From the NCBI RefSeq assembly GCF_009914755.1, contig NC_060925.1: DNA of 64,000 nt; one strand, written 5' to 3'. Positions within the stretch are counted from its first letter, which is position 1; the number at the start of each line of letters is the position of its first letter. Of this stretch, positions 15,231 to 28,000 are shown one piece after another. Below the pieces are notes generated by a model. It had not been told where the DNA came from, made no database searches, and saw only the letters and a list, made by a program, of their open reading frames with translations. The DNA comes from the human T2T-CHM13v2.0 reference genome, Homo sapiens. Made by a program: the position numbers and the translations under genes.

Positions 15231-16721
15231 TGACAGTTATTTTACTGGTCTTTGTATAATTAATGCTATGATAGATTTAGACAAGTTATTCTCTATTCAA
15301 TAAATAGTGCTTGAAGTTCACATCTCCATTTCTTCTTTTTTCTTTGCTTTTAAATTTGATGAGAAAAATGGGTATAAAAGTTCAAATCAATACAGAGGTC
15401 TCAGTTATGTTTAAAATGTGTTACCAATGGTGACTATCATTTAGGCATTACTCTTTTGTCAGTATCCATATTAATAAGCTATAGCATTCTAAGTGATTAT
15501 TTAAAAATACTAAACAATTTATATAGAATTTTACCCATCAAAACATTTTTATCAAAATAATAATAATATTTAGCTCTGGTCAGGGTGCTGTTATTGAGAG
15601 TGTAAGTTAGCATTACCTTGTTTGACGATTTATTTTAAAACTATTACAATGTTCAGAAACTTTGACACAGAATTCCTATAGACAACAACCTTTTTCTCTG
15701 CCTGAAAACAGAGCCACAGATAGAGCTTTAAGAGAACATGTCTTAGTTATGTGACAACCTATTGTTTCTAATACTAAAGCCCAGAAACGAAGACTTGCCC
15801 ATCTGATCACAGACCGCCCTGAAGAACTGCAGGCCTTCCTACTAAGACAGAGCTTTCATTGATAAACTTAAGGCACAAAAGTACACTGGGGCACATGTTC
15901 TCTACAGGATTACAGGTCTCAAATGAAGAGGAGAAGGGCAGGGCTGAGATTTAAACATCTTCTTAGTTCCTGCTCCTAAATGTTTCATTCTGAGAGGCCA
16001 AGAATATTGCTCTAATAACTGTCTACCAGTTGGGAAGAATCAGGAGTAAGGAGTAGGTGTTCTAACATGTAACTACAATAAATCTTTAACTATAATCATA
16101 GATACAAACATGTAGATCCTAAAAGTACAAATCAAAATTTTAATTATAGTGTCATATAAAACAGAGGATCTAAATATTCCTCCTATATTCCACTTCATGG
16201 TACATTATATAGTATCTTAGAAATCATGAGGAATATAGGAAGGTGGGTTTAGAGTTCAGAGGCAATAACTTAAAAACTGATCATATGAAAATAGTTACAT
16301 TTTGATGTATATAAATAATGAGATATTATGCAGCTCTGGAAATTATGTTTTGAAAAATTCTTAACAGCTTTGGTAGCTATCGCAGTATAATACTAAGTTT
16401 AAAAACTAAGACACAAAAGTGCTTATGCAGTGTAGTGTAATATTTAAAATACATACTACATTGAGATAGCCCTAAAAAGAAAAACACAAATGTATTAATA
16501 ACAAATGTTTGGGTACTGGTATTGTGAATTATAATGCTCTCCTATAGTTTTATTTATATTCTAAAATTTCTAGAAGCATGTGTATGATTAATTGATAACA
16601 GCACAGCTTATTTAGATATGTTGTGTGCATTTACCTTATTCAAATGAAAACACTGTTGAAAATAAGCCTTACTGATGAAACATGCTCAGTTTCTTTTTTT
16701 TTAACATTTCCTCTTTGTGAT

Positions 16722-17139
16722 TGTTAAAAGGAAAACTTCAGCTGAATTAAATTTAAAGGAGTTTAACTGAGCAATGAACAATTCATGAATCCAGCAGCCC
16801 CATAATCACAGCAGATTCAGAGAGACTCCAGGGGTGCCTCGTGGTCAGAACAAATTTATAGACTGAAAAAGTAAAGTGACATACAGAAACTGGAAGTGAG
16901 GTACAGAAACAGTTGGATTGATAACAGCTCGGAGTTTGCCTTATTTGAACATAGTTTGAACACTCAGCAGTGTATGACTGGTTGAAGTATGGTTGCTGAG
17001 ATTGGCCAAGACTCAGCAATTGTTGCAGGCACATACTTCTAAGTTAGGTTTTCAATCTTGTCTACCTATTAAGTTAGGTTTCAGTTCATCCACAAGAACT
17101 CAAATATAGAAGTACGGCCATATTTAGTTTTTGTTAACA
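16722..17139 (-). mobile_element. MER57-type ERV1 3' LTR
   Basis: TGTTAA...TTAACA ends; homologous to 20549-20953; followed by tttccccacttttgg (reverse-complement polypurine tract). Confidence 0.8.
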
Positions 17140-17432
17140 TTTCCCCACTTTTGGTCATTTTCTTAATTTTGAGAGATTGACCAAAACTTTGGACATTGAT
17201 GTCACTATCACCTTTGTAAATGTACATATTTGGTCTTGAAACCCACTGAAAAACAAAACAGTGGGTACTGCAAAGGTAGAAACAAGGAATAAGTAGAGGG
17301 TACCTCCTTGTGCTGGAATGTTCTGTTTACAGGAGAAAACAAAACCAAGTCTGTTCTAATCTAAAATCTACGTGTTTCTTTAAAGTCTTAGTTTGATTGT
17401 GAAAATTTCAAACTAAGACTTTAAAGAAACAC

Positions 17433-18381
17433 CTACTCATCTGACAAAGGGCCAATATCCAGAATCTACAATGAACTCAAACAAATTTACAAGAAAAAAA
17501 CAAACAACCCCATCAAAAAGTGGGCAAAGGATATGAACAGACACTTCTCAAAAGAAGACATTTATGCAGCCAAAAGACACATAAAAATGCTCATCATCAC
17601 TGGCCATCAGAGAAATGCAAATCAAAACCACAATGAGATACCATCTCACACCAATTAGAATGGCAATCATTAAAAAGTCAGGAAACAACAGGTGCTAGAG
17701 AGGATGTGGAGAAATAGGAACACTTTTACACTGTTGGTGGGACTGTAAACTAGTTCAACCATTGTGGAAGTCAGTGCGGCGATTCCTCAGGGATCTAGAA
17801 CTAGAAATACCATTTGACCCAGTCATCCCATTACTGGGTATATACCCAAAGGACTATAAATCATGCTGCTATAAAGACACATGCACACGTATGTTTATTG
17901 TGGCATTATCCACAATAGCAAAGACTTGGAACCAACCCAAATGTCCAACAATGATAGACTGGATTAAGAAAATGTGGAACATATACACCATGGAATACTA
18001 TGCAGCCATAAAAAAGGATGAGTTCATGTCCTTTGTAGGGACATATATGAAATTGGAAATCATCATTCTCAGTAAACTATCGCAAGGACAAAAAACCAAA
18101 CACCGCATGTTCTCACTCATAGATGGGAAGTGAACAATGAGAACACATGGACACAGGAAGGGGAATATCACACTCTGGGGACTGTTTTGGGATGGGGGGA
18201 GTGGGGAGGGATAGCATTAGGAGATATACCTAATGCTAAATGACGAGTTAATGGGTGCAGCACGCCAGCATGGCACATGTATACATATGTAACTAACCTG
18301 CGCATTGTGCACAAGTACCCTAAAACTTAAAGTATAATAATAAAAATAAATAAATAAATAAATAAAATAAAATAAAATAAA
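17433..18381 (+). mobile_element. 5'-truncated L1PA3-like insertion
   Basis: ORF2 C-terminus (ORF 17762-18133), 3' UTR gcattaggagatatacctaatgctaaatgacgagttaatgg, A-rich tail, 16-bp TSD aagtcttagtttgatt (17383-17398, 18384-18399). Confidence 0.92.
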
Positions 18382-20530
18382 TGAAGTCTTAGTTTGATTA
18401 TGTCACATTTAGCCTGAACAACTCCATTTTTGTTTTGTTTGGTTTGGTTTGTTGGGGCCTAGTGCGTGAGCTCAGTCCAAAACAATGGCCTCTAATAATT
18501 TCGTTTTAAAAATTTCCCACTTTTTGGCCAGGTTCTCACTTAGGTAAGAGTTTTACTAAAACTTAGGGCCTTAGCATCACTCTCAGTTACCATCATTTTG
18601 GGTTTCCGGTCTCAGCATGCCATTCATAGGTTACAGAGTCCCCATGGTCACACATTTCTTTCAGCTCTTATCATTCCAATTGAAGAGAGACCATTTGACA
18701 TTCTAGAGATGGTTGCATGCAAACATTTATAACCCTTGAGAGAATGCAGCACAATAGGGAGACTAATTTTATGACTCTGTGGAGGATAATACCAAGAGGG
18801 TAGAGTATGCTTCTTACCCAGGGTCCCCATAAACCAAACCACCTACAATCAAATAGATCAAAGAATGAGCTAGATAAAGAGTCTATTCACTTAACTAAGC
18901 AGTCTCTTATCTATATTAGGCTCTCATCTTTTACCTATCAAAGTATAAGTTTATCCATGGTCATCCACGGATATACATTTGGTCATCTGATGGGTTGTTT
19001 AAACATTTTGTAAAGGGAGTTCACTCAAATGTTATTTCCAAAGCATGTTTTCTGGTTGTATAAAAGCTCTCCCATGGAGGAGGCCTGATATTATAACACT
19101 AAGTTATTATGCCACAGTGTATTTTCACCACTAAAGAAAGCTTTTTATGGTTCACAGAGATATGATTCACAGAGGATAATCAATCCCTTCACAATCTAGA
19201 AGCTTAGATTTTTTTCCCGGGAATATGGGACCAAATATTGGTTATAAACTACTTTAGCAATTTATGCCACCACACCAATATATTCAATTAGGATCATTTT
19301 ATCTTTTCCATGATGAGTCATGGAATGCAGAACTTTTAATAATAAAAGCTTTATGTACTCAGGAAGGACAAGGTGGCCATCCTGGTTCTCCATGAGTCCA
19401 TGTTTAATTAACATTAGACTTCTATACTCTTGAATATCAGTTGTTTCTCCAAATTTGGTGCATAGCACTGATAACTGATGGGTTATCATCGGTAATTTGA
19501 CTTGGACAATGGAATTTTTATTTCATGGGAACCACAGGCAAAAGCCTTTCAATTTTGCAAGTTGCTGCCCATGGGGTTGCATGCGGGGGGTAACCCAATT
19601 AACATTTTTCATTCTGGCCAGAGCAAAATTCATGACATTAGCCACTCTGCTTAGCACCCAACGTTGAACTGGCAAAGGTCAAACTTGTCCTTGGTTGGGC
19701 CCTGCGATCTTTAATCCATTTTTAACCAAGAGGGACTTTATTGAGGGGAGGGCCTCTAACCCAATTCCATCTTTTATTCAGGTAAAATGTACCCCATTAC
19801 CTATCCGAAGTCGGCCAATTGGTGCTGCAGTGTATTTCCTTTGGAGTAGGATAATAATTAAGCTGAAAGATTGGCAGCTTTAATTTTTGGGAGCCCTCAT
19901 TTTTAAATGCACTTGAATGCATTGTTGTTTATTCAGAATGTTTCACCATAAGTTACTTTTAGTAAGATTTTGCCATTTCGGTAACACTTTGTTTTTTCCT
20001 GTGCCTAATGTATAAGCCAGAAGGGACTCAGTTTTTCAGATATGAAGAATCCCATTTTTACCTAATATTGGCTTTGCTTTCAGGTTCCCTTGATTAACCT
20101 GCCCAATGATTTTTCCTGCCTAAGTGCACAAGTAAAATGAAACAAAGGTGTAGAATACAAAAATCCCCACAAATTTTTTAAAGCCAAATTTTACACCCCT
20201 ACAATATTACCATTTGCTACCAGTTTCTTTCTGACCCAGTCAGATGTAAGAGGCCTCTAACTGGATCCAAGCTGGTTAATTACTAAATCAAATCCATTCC
20301 TGGACCCAATCCAGTTTCTGTTGCAACTTCCAAACCCAGTTTGGATCAAAAATTTGCTCTAAGAAACTCAGAGAGCTCAAAACACAAATAGGTGGAGCCC
20401 CAAAATCTGAGAGAGAACTTACCCATGATCTCCAGGCACTCTGAGAGATCGGTGGACACAAGTGGGTTCTGCAGATACCTTGCTTGTTCACTCAGTACTC
20501 CCGGGGGTTGTCAGAAGCTCTACTTTGCAC

Positions 20531-20546
20531 CCCACTTCTGACATCA
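20531..20546 (-). other. Primer-binding site, tRNA-Leu type
   Basis: cccacttctgacatca matches the tRNA-Leu(CAA) 3' end cccacttctgacacca at 15/16 positions, 2 nt from the LTR. Confidence 0.75.
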
Positions 20547-20548
20547 TC

Positions 20549-20953
20549 TGTTAAAAGAGAAACTTGGCTGAATTAATTTAAAGAAGTTAAATTGAGCAAT
20601 GAATGATTCACGAATTGGGCAGCCCCTGAATCATAGCAGATTCAGAGAGATGCCAGGAGTGCCTTGTGGTCAAAAAAAGTAAAGTGATGTACAGAAATCA
20701 GAAGTGAGGTACAGTAACAGCTGGATTGGTTACAGGTCGGCATTGGCCTTATCTGAGCATAGTTTGAACACTCACAAGTGTATGACGGGTTGAAGGATGG
20801 CTGTTGGGATTGACCAAGACTCAGTGATTGCTACAGGAGCATACTCCTATATTCAATCCTCTCTACCTATTAAGTTAGGTTGCACTTCATCCACAAGGAC
20901 TGGAATATAGAAGTACAGAATCCTTCCCAGGTCATATTTAGCTTTCTTTAACA
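20549..20953 (-). mobile_element. MER57-type ERV1 5' LTR
   Basis: TG...CA ends; adjacent PBS; homologous to 16722-17139. Confidence 0.8.
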
Positions 20954-21454
20954 GTGGATATTAGATCCACTGATATTGGATAATTTATCTTCACATCTTA
21001 AATTAACTTATGCATATCTAGCTTTACATTCTGTAAAAATCCAGTACAATAACTACATGAGTAAGAAAGCTTTTTATTGATCATTTTTACCGTAGGATAT
21101 CTCAAGTTTTCACACGCCTATTAGACACCACAGAGCATTTCTTTTTCAAATTTAAATTCTTGATCACACTTTAGATTATAAATTAAACCTCAGTAAATTC
21201 AAAATATATTTTTCTTACAGTGCATAACACTTACAATTTACAAATCTCTTTCACATACCAAGATCACTGAAGACAGAACAGAAACAGTCATTATAGGTTT
21301 CAAAAATAGGTATACTTATATGTATTCACAGATACACACATACACACATTTTACACAATATTCTAGGCAGAGGATACAATTATCATTAAAATACACAATA
21401 ATTTCTGTCAATCTAATGGAAAAAGAGACATTAAACAAATGGGTACAATGTAAT

Positions 21455-21812
21455 GACAGTCTGGGCAGCTATAACAAAATTCTGTAAACTGGGTGGTTTA
21501 TAAACCAAAGAAATTTATTTCTCACAGTTCTGAAGCCTGAGAGGTTCAAGATCAAGCCACCAGCAGGTTACATATATGGTGAGGACCTGCTTTCTGCCTC
21601 ATAGACGGTGCCTTTTCACTGTCTTCACATGATAGAAGGGACTAGCTAGTGTTCTGCAGTCTTTTACAAAGGCAGTAATCCCAATCAAGAGGTCTCCACT
21701 CTGATAACCTAGTCACCTCCCAAAGGCCTTACTTCCTAATATCATCACCTTATGAGTGAGAATTTCAACATATGATTTTCATGGGGAGGACACAAACATT
21801 CAGCCCATAGCA
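21455..21812 (-). mobile_element. MLT1A-type MaLR solo LTR within L2 remnants
   Basis: gctataacaaaattctgtaaactgggtggtttataaac...ggacacaaacattcagcccatagca. Confidence 0.85.
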
Positions 21813-22719
21813 GTGGCTATATCATACAGATGGTGACAGTATAACTGGTATTGTGAGTAAGTATAATTGGTGTTGCATTGTAGATAAGGAGAATAAGAAG
21901 GGATTCTGAATAAGGGACATTGATGCTGAGACCTAATGTATTTAAACTTGGTAATCAACAGAGTGAAATTTTTATATATGTATTATTTCATTATAGAAGC
22001 AAATTTAATTGCCTTAGGAAAGAATGTGGAGTAAGGAGGATAGCAAGGACTGAATAGAAAGGAACGCTCCATGTAAGGCATAAAATGAAGGCATGGCAAG
22101 AGACATAGGGACCAAGTCAGGGAAGAAGGCATATGATGTTGTAGAAAACAAGAAGAGTCAAAATAATGCCAAAATCTATTCAGAGTTCATGTAAAATGAG
22201 AACTGAAAAGTTTCCAATTGGGATTATATTATCAGAAGAAGTTGGTAAAAATTATGAGAACATCACAACCTGCAGAATAACTTATGTTATGAAAACTCTG
22301 GGAAGACTTTATTGATGTCATTTCTAATGTAATCCTCATTACATTTCCTTAATTTTATTTCTATTTATTTAGAGGGTTTTTTTCCCCTTGAACTATTTCC
22401 CTTTAATTTTAATTCAGCTTTGCCATTGTTTTGAAAAAATATCTCTTCTTTAACATATATACTTTCATCTGGCATAAAATTGTTCTATTATATGGCTTTC
22501 ACTGTCATCTTCTGAAAATTATCTTCAGAAATCCAGAAATCTACAATGTGCACATTATGAAAGGCACCCCTTTAAAGGCAGAACCATACATAGTAGCCCT
22601 GTGATAGAATGTTTTTCTTATGTAGCATGTGATTGATTCTATTGGACTCATATTGTTAAAGACACCTCTTTTATGGAAGTCTCCATCCACCTTCTACAAT
22701 ATGGTAAATCATTGACTTC

Positions 22720-22774
22720 TGTGATCATTAATACTGAATGTCAACTTGATTGGATTGAAGGATACAAAGTATTG
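22720..22774 (+). mobile_element. First 55 bp of an MLT2A1 5' LTR
   Basis: Near-identical to 24305-24359 (tgtgat..taatac.ga.tgtcaactt.attggattgaaggatacaaagtattg). Confidence 0.85.
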
Positions 22775-22779
22775 GCCCT

Positions 22780-24304
22780 CACCAGTCAGCCACCTTCCCC
22801 AGCCACCCCTGCTATCGCCCACTGGGCCCATGAACAAAATGTCCATGGTGGCAGGGATGGAGGTTACGCATGGGCTCAGCAATATGGACTTCAACTCACC
22901 AAGGTTGATCTGGCTACGGCCACCACTGAGTTCCCAATTTGCCAGCAGCAGAGACCAACATTGAGCCCTTGATGTGGCACCATTACTCGGGGTGATCAGC
23001 CAGCTACCTGGTGGCAGGTTGACTATATTGGACCTCTTCCATCATGGAAAGGGAAGAGGTTTGTCCTCCCTGAATAGATAATTACTCCGGATATGGGTGT
23101 GCTTATCTTGCATGCAATGCTTCTGCCAAGACTGCCATCCATGGCACTCACTTTAGGGCTAAAGAAGTATGGCAGTGGGCTCATGCTCGTGGAATTCACT
23201 GGTCTTACCAGACATCCTGAAGTAGCTGGATTGATAGAACAGTGGAATGGCCTTTTGAAGTCACAATTCCAATGCCAACTAGTTGACACTACTTTCCAGG
23301 GCTGGGGCAAGTTCTCCAGAAGGTCGTGTATGCTCTGAATCAGCATCCAATATCTGGTACTGCTTCTCCCATAGCCAGGATTCATGGGTCCAGGAATCAA
23401 TGGGTGGAAGTGGAAGTGGCACCACTCACCATCACCCCTAGTGACCCACTAGCAAAATTTTTGCTTTCTGTTCCCGCGACTTTCTACGCAACGTTCTTCT
23501 GGCATAGAGGTCTTAGTTCCAGAGGGAGGAATGCTGCCACCAGGAGACCCAACAACAATTCTATTTAACTGGAAGTTAAGATTGCCACCTGGACACTTTA
23601 GGCTCCTACTACCTTTAAGTCAACAGGCTAAGAAGGGAGTCACAGTATTGGCTGGGGTGATTGACCTAGACTACCAAGATGAAATCAGTCTTCTACTCCA
23701 CAATGGAGGTAAGGAAGAGTATGCATGGAATACAAGAGATCCATTGATGCGTTTCTTAGTATTACCATGCCCTCTGATAAGGTCAATGGGAAACTACAAC
23801 AGCCCAATCCAGGCAGGACTACAAATGACCTAGACCCTTCATGAATGAAGATCTGGGTCACTCCACCATTAAAAAAATCATGACTGGCTGAGGTGCTTGC
23901 TGAAGGCAAATGGAATACAGAATGGGTAACAGAAGAAGGTAGTCATCGATACCAACTACAACCACGTGACCAGCTGCAGATACGAGGATTGTAATTGTCA
24001 TTAGTATTTCCTCCTTCTTTTGTTAAAAACATGTTTGTACATGTATACACTTGTACTAAGAAAATATCTTCATTTTTTTCTTTCTCTGTCATCATGTGAC
24101 ATATGATTTATTGACTTCACATCAACATTTAAGTATTGTTAACTTTATGTCACAGTATTTGGGTTGAAGATTGGTGCATTTCCAGTTGTACAAAGGATAG
24201 TTGTATTACGTTAGGCATAATTATGACCTTATTATTGTCTTCATTTGAAGATTATGTTTGATCTCAGGAGATGTGTGTGGGTTCATGTTGATAAGGGGTA
24301 GACT
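22780..24304 (+). pseudogene. HERV-L internal 3' part: disrupted integrase plus dUTPase and polypurine tract
   Basis: WAHEQNVHGGRDGG...ICQQQRP (HHCC region), HPEVAGLIEQWNGLLK (IN core), AGVIDLDYQDEI (dUTPase motif III, ORF 23531-23833); stops and frameshifts. Confidence 0.92.
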
Positions 24305-24756
24305 TGTGATGGTTAATACAGAGTGTCAACTTAATTGGATTGAAGGATACAAAGTATTGATCCTGGGTGTGTCTGTGAGGGTGGTGCCAAAGGAGATTAA
24401 CATTTGAGTCAGTGGGCTGGGAAAGGTGGACCCACCCTTAATCTGGGTGGGCATAATCTAATCAGCTGACAGCATGGCTAGAATATAAGCAGGCAGAAAA
24501 ATGTGAAAAGAAAGCCTGGCCTAGCTTCCCAGTGTACATCTTTCTCCCATGCTTGATGCTTCTTGCCCTCAAACATTGGACCCCATGTTCTTCAGTTTGG
24601 AAACTCAGACTGGCTCTCCTTGCTCCTCAGCCTGCGACGGCCTATTGTGGGACCTTGTGATTCTGGGAGTTCATACTTAATAAACTTAATAAACTTTCAT
24701 TTATATATATGTCTATCCTATTAGTTCTGCCCCTCTAGAGAACCCTGGCTAATACA
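24305..24756 (+). mobile_element. MLT2A1 3' LTR
   Basis: tgtgatggttaatac...ctagagaaccctggctaataca, 452 bp. Confidence 0.9.
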
Positions 24757-25427
24757 CCCTCTAAGCCTGCTTGTCATCCTGGTGCTTCCTTCCATTGCTG
24801 TCTTTCTTTTACGTACACATAGTGAGAAGAAATCTCACATGAAAAGATGAAGGGGAGATATATTATCTGAGCACTCCTGCTTCTGAAGAATGACTTTATT
24901 CTACCATGAAGAGATTGATCATTTTATTTCATATAGAATCAAAATGGAAAACAGTTTCCTTTAGAACATTAAAGGCAGAACTTCATTGTCTTCTAGCACA
25001 GAGTGTGTTAAAGAGAAATCAGATACTAATATGAAATTCATGTCTTCTTAGATGACCTATTTTGTGTGTGTGTCTGGTTTTAGTGTCCTTTTGGGAACTT
25101 CTGGGTTGTTATTTTTATGACTGATGGCCCTACATCTTACTATGTGTCTAGGTGCGTATGGCAGCCATTAATTATACTCACCAAATAAGTAGTAGGAAAA
25201 TATCTATTTGATCTTAATATCCTATATGTTCAATAAAAACCAAAGCCTTTTATTTTTTATATAAAGCATTGTTTTCAAAAATGCTTTTACTGAACAGTAT
25301 TCTGGGAGATGTTAATAAGTATGCATGAAAATTGATTATAAAGGTAAATGAGGTTAGGAATATACTACATTTTTAATGCTATATCCCCTGGTTTGAGATT
25401 CCTGAACTGCATTAGAATTATAAAGCC

Positions 25428-27487
25428 CAGATAAACATAGATGCAAAAATCCTCAAAAAAATATTAGTAAACCAAATTCAACAAGATATTAAAAGAATCA
25501 TTTACTGTAGTCAAGTGGGATTTATCCATGTGATGCAAGGATGGTTTAACATACTCAAATAAGTACTTGTGATATACCACATTAAGAAAATAAAAAAACA
25601 TACAATTATCTAAACATTTTTAAAAAGCATTTGACAAAATTCAATATCCTTCATAATGAAAACTCTCAATAGATTAGGCATATAAGGTATGTACCTCAAC
25701 AAAATAAAGGTCATATATGGCAAACTTGTAGCTAACACCATTTTCTATGGGAAAAAATTGAAAGCTTTTCTTCTAAGATCACGGAAAAGATAAGGATGCC
25801 CACTTTCACTATCTCTATTCAACATGGTACTGGAAGTCCTAGCCAGAGCAATTAAGCTAGAGGAAGAAATAAAAGATATCCCAGTAGAAGAGGAAGAAGT
25901 AAAATTGTCTCCATTTGCTAAAGACTCTGCCAAAAGCTATTAGAACTAATAACTCAATGAATTAAGTAAATGTGTTGGAATAATCGCAGCATACAAAAAT
26001 TAGTATCATTTCTTTATACCCATAATAGACTTTTGGTGTTGCCAAAAGGAAATTGAGAAACAATTAAGAAAACAACCCCAAAATAACAGCAAGGAAAATA
26101 AGTACTTCGGTTTAAATTTAACCACGGAAGTGAAAGGCCTGTATATTGAAAACTGTACGACACTGATAAAAGAAAGTGAAAAAAACACAAATAAATAGAA
26201 AGGCATTTTATATTCATGTATTAGAAGAATTGATATTGTAAAAATGTCTATACAATACAAAGTGATCTACAGATTCAATGCAATCACTATCAAAATTCCA
26301 GTGTCATTTTTTACAAAATAGAAAGAAACAGTCTTTTAATGTGAATGGCACCACAAAAGACCCTGAATAGCAAAAACAATCTTGAACAAAAAGAACAAAA
26401 CTGGCAGCATCATACTCCTTGTTTCAAAGCACATTATAAAGAGATTAATTAAAACCTAATAGTACTGGGATAAAACAGACACATAACCAATGAAAAAGGG
26501 TAGAAATCCCAGAAATAACCCACACATTCATGGTCAACTGATGTTTTACAAAGGTGCCAAGAACACATAATGGGGAACGGATGGTCTCCTCATTAAATGT
26601 GTCGGAAAAACTGGATAACCACATGCAAAAGAGTGTAATTAGATCCTAATCTCACACCACATACAACATTAAACTCAAAATGGATTAAATACTTAAAAGT
26701 GGAACCTGAAACCGTGAAACTACTAGAAGAGAACATAGGGGAAAAGCTCCATGACATTGGTCTGAACAACAATTTTGTTTTTTTTTTGTTTTGTTTTTGG
26801 ATATGACCATGAAAGTGCAGGCAAAACAAAAACAAAAACAAACAAACAAAAAAACCCAGCTACATAGGATGGCATTAAACTAAAAATCTTCTGCACAGCA
26901 AAGGAAACAATAAAGTGAAAAGACAACCCATGGATTAGAAGAAAATATTTGCACACCATACATCTGATAAGGGGTCAGTATTCAAAATATATCAGAAACT
27001 CAACTCAGTAGCAAGAAAACAAATAAGTTGACTTTAAAATGGGCAAAGGACCTGAACAGACATTTCTCAAAGCAGACATACAAAAGGCCATGGGTACGTT
27101 AAAAAATGCTCAAAATCACTGATTATTAGGTAAATGTAAGTTAAAACCACAATGATACATTACCTCACACTTATTAGAATAGCTTTTATCAAAAAGATGA
27201 AAGATAGTGTTGATGAGGATGTGATGAAAAGGGTTCTTTTCATTGCTAGAGGGAATATAAATTAGTATAACTATTATAGAAAGTTGTATTTTTTTCCTAA
27301 AAAAATTAAAAATAGAACTACCATATTATCCAGCAATCACACTGCCTGCTGTGTATATATACAAAGGAATTGAATTCAGTATGTCAAAAAAATTCTGCTC
27401 TCCCATGTTCATTGCAGCATTATTCATAATAGCCAAGATATGAAATCAACCTAAGTGCTTATCAAAGGATGAATAAAGAAAATGTAG

Positions 27488-27521
<34 letters not shown>

Positions 27522-28000
27522 TGGAATAATAGCCTTAAAAAAGGAGAAGTTCTTGTCATTTGAGATAACATGGATGAAAACTGGAGGACATTATGTTAAG
27601 TAAAATAAGCAAGGCACAGAAAGACAAATACTGCATGATCTCACTTAAATGTGGAATCTAAAATAGCTTAACTCATAGAAGTAGAGAGTAGAATGACGGG
27701 TACCAGAAGCTGGGGTGGTCATGTTGGGACCAAAGGAATGGGAGGTTGATCAAAAGATATAGTTTCAAATAGACAAGAAAAATAAGTTTTGAGATCTGTT
27801 GCACAGCAAGGTGACTACAGACAATAATAATTTACTGTATATTTCAAAAAACTAACAGTAAATTTCAAATATGTCATGACAAAAAATAAGTAAGTGAGGT
27901 GCTGTATATGTTAATTAGCTTGATTCAATCATTTCTCATTGTATGTTTGTCATATTGTACCCCATACCCCATAAATGTAAACAATAATGATTTATCATTT
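25428..28000 (+). mobile_element. L1MA (about MA4-7) ORF2 3' half plus 3' UTR
   Basis: Starts at NIDAKIL region of RT; continuous sense ORF2 homology with deletions; (TA)n at 27488-27513. Confidence 0.88.

Larger units (their letters stand above)
17140..20548 (-). mobile_element. MER57-type internal region (decayed gag/pol), interrupted by L1PA3
   Basis: Lies between two homologous LTRs; ORF 19262-19489 gives GHLVLPEYIKLLLLKVLHSMTHHGKDKM (integrase HHCC start). Confidence 0.75.

Noticed and set aside
16717-24761. TSDs for the MER57 and HERV-L proviruses
   Set aside because: Only 3/5 matches (gtgat vs gtgga; acttc vs ccctc); not claimed
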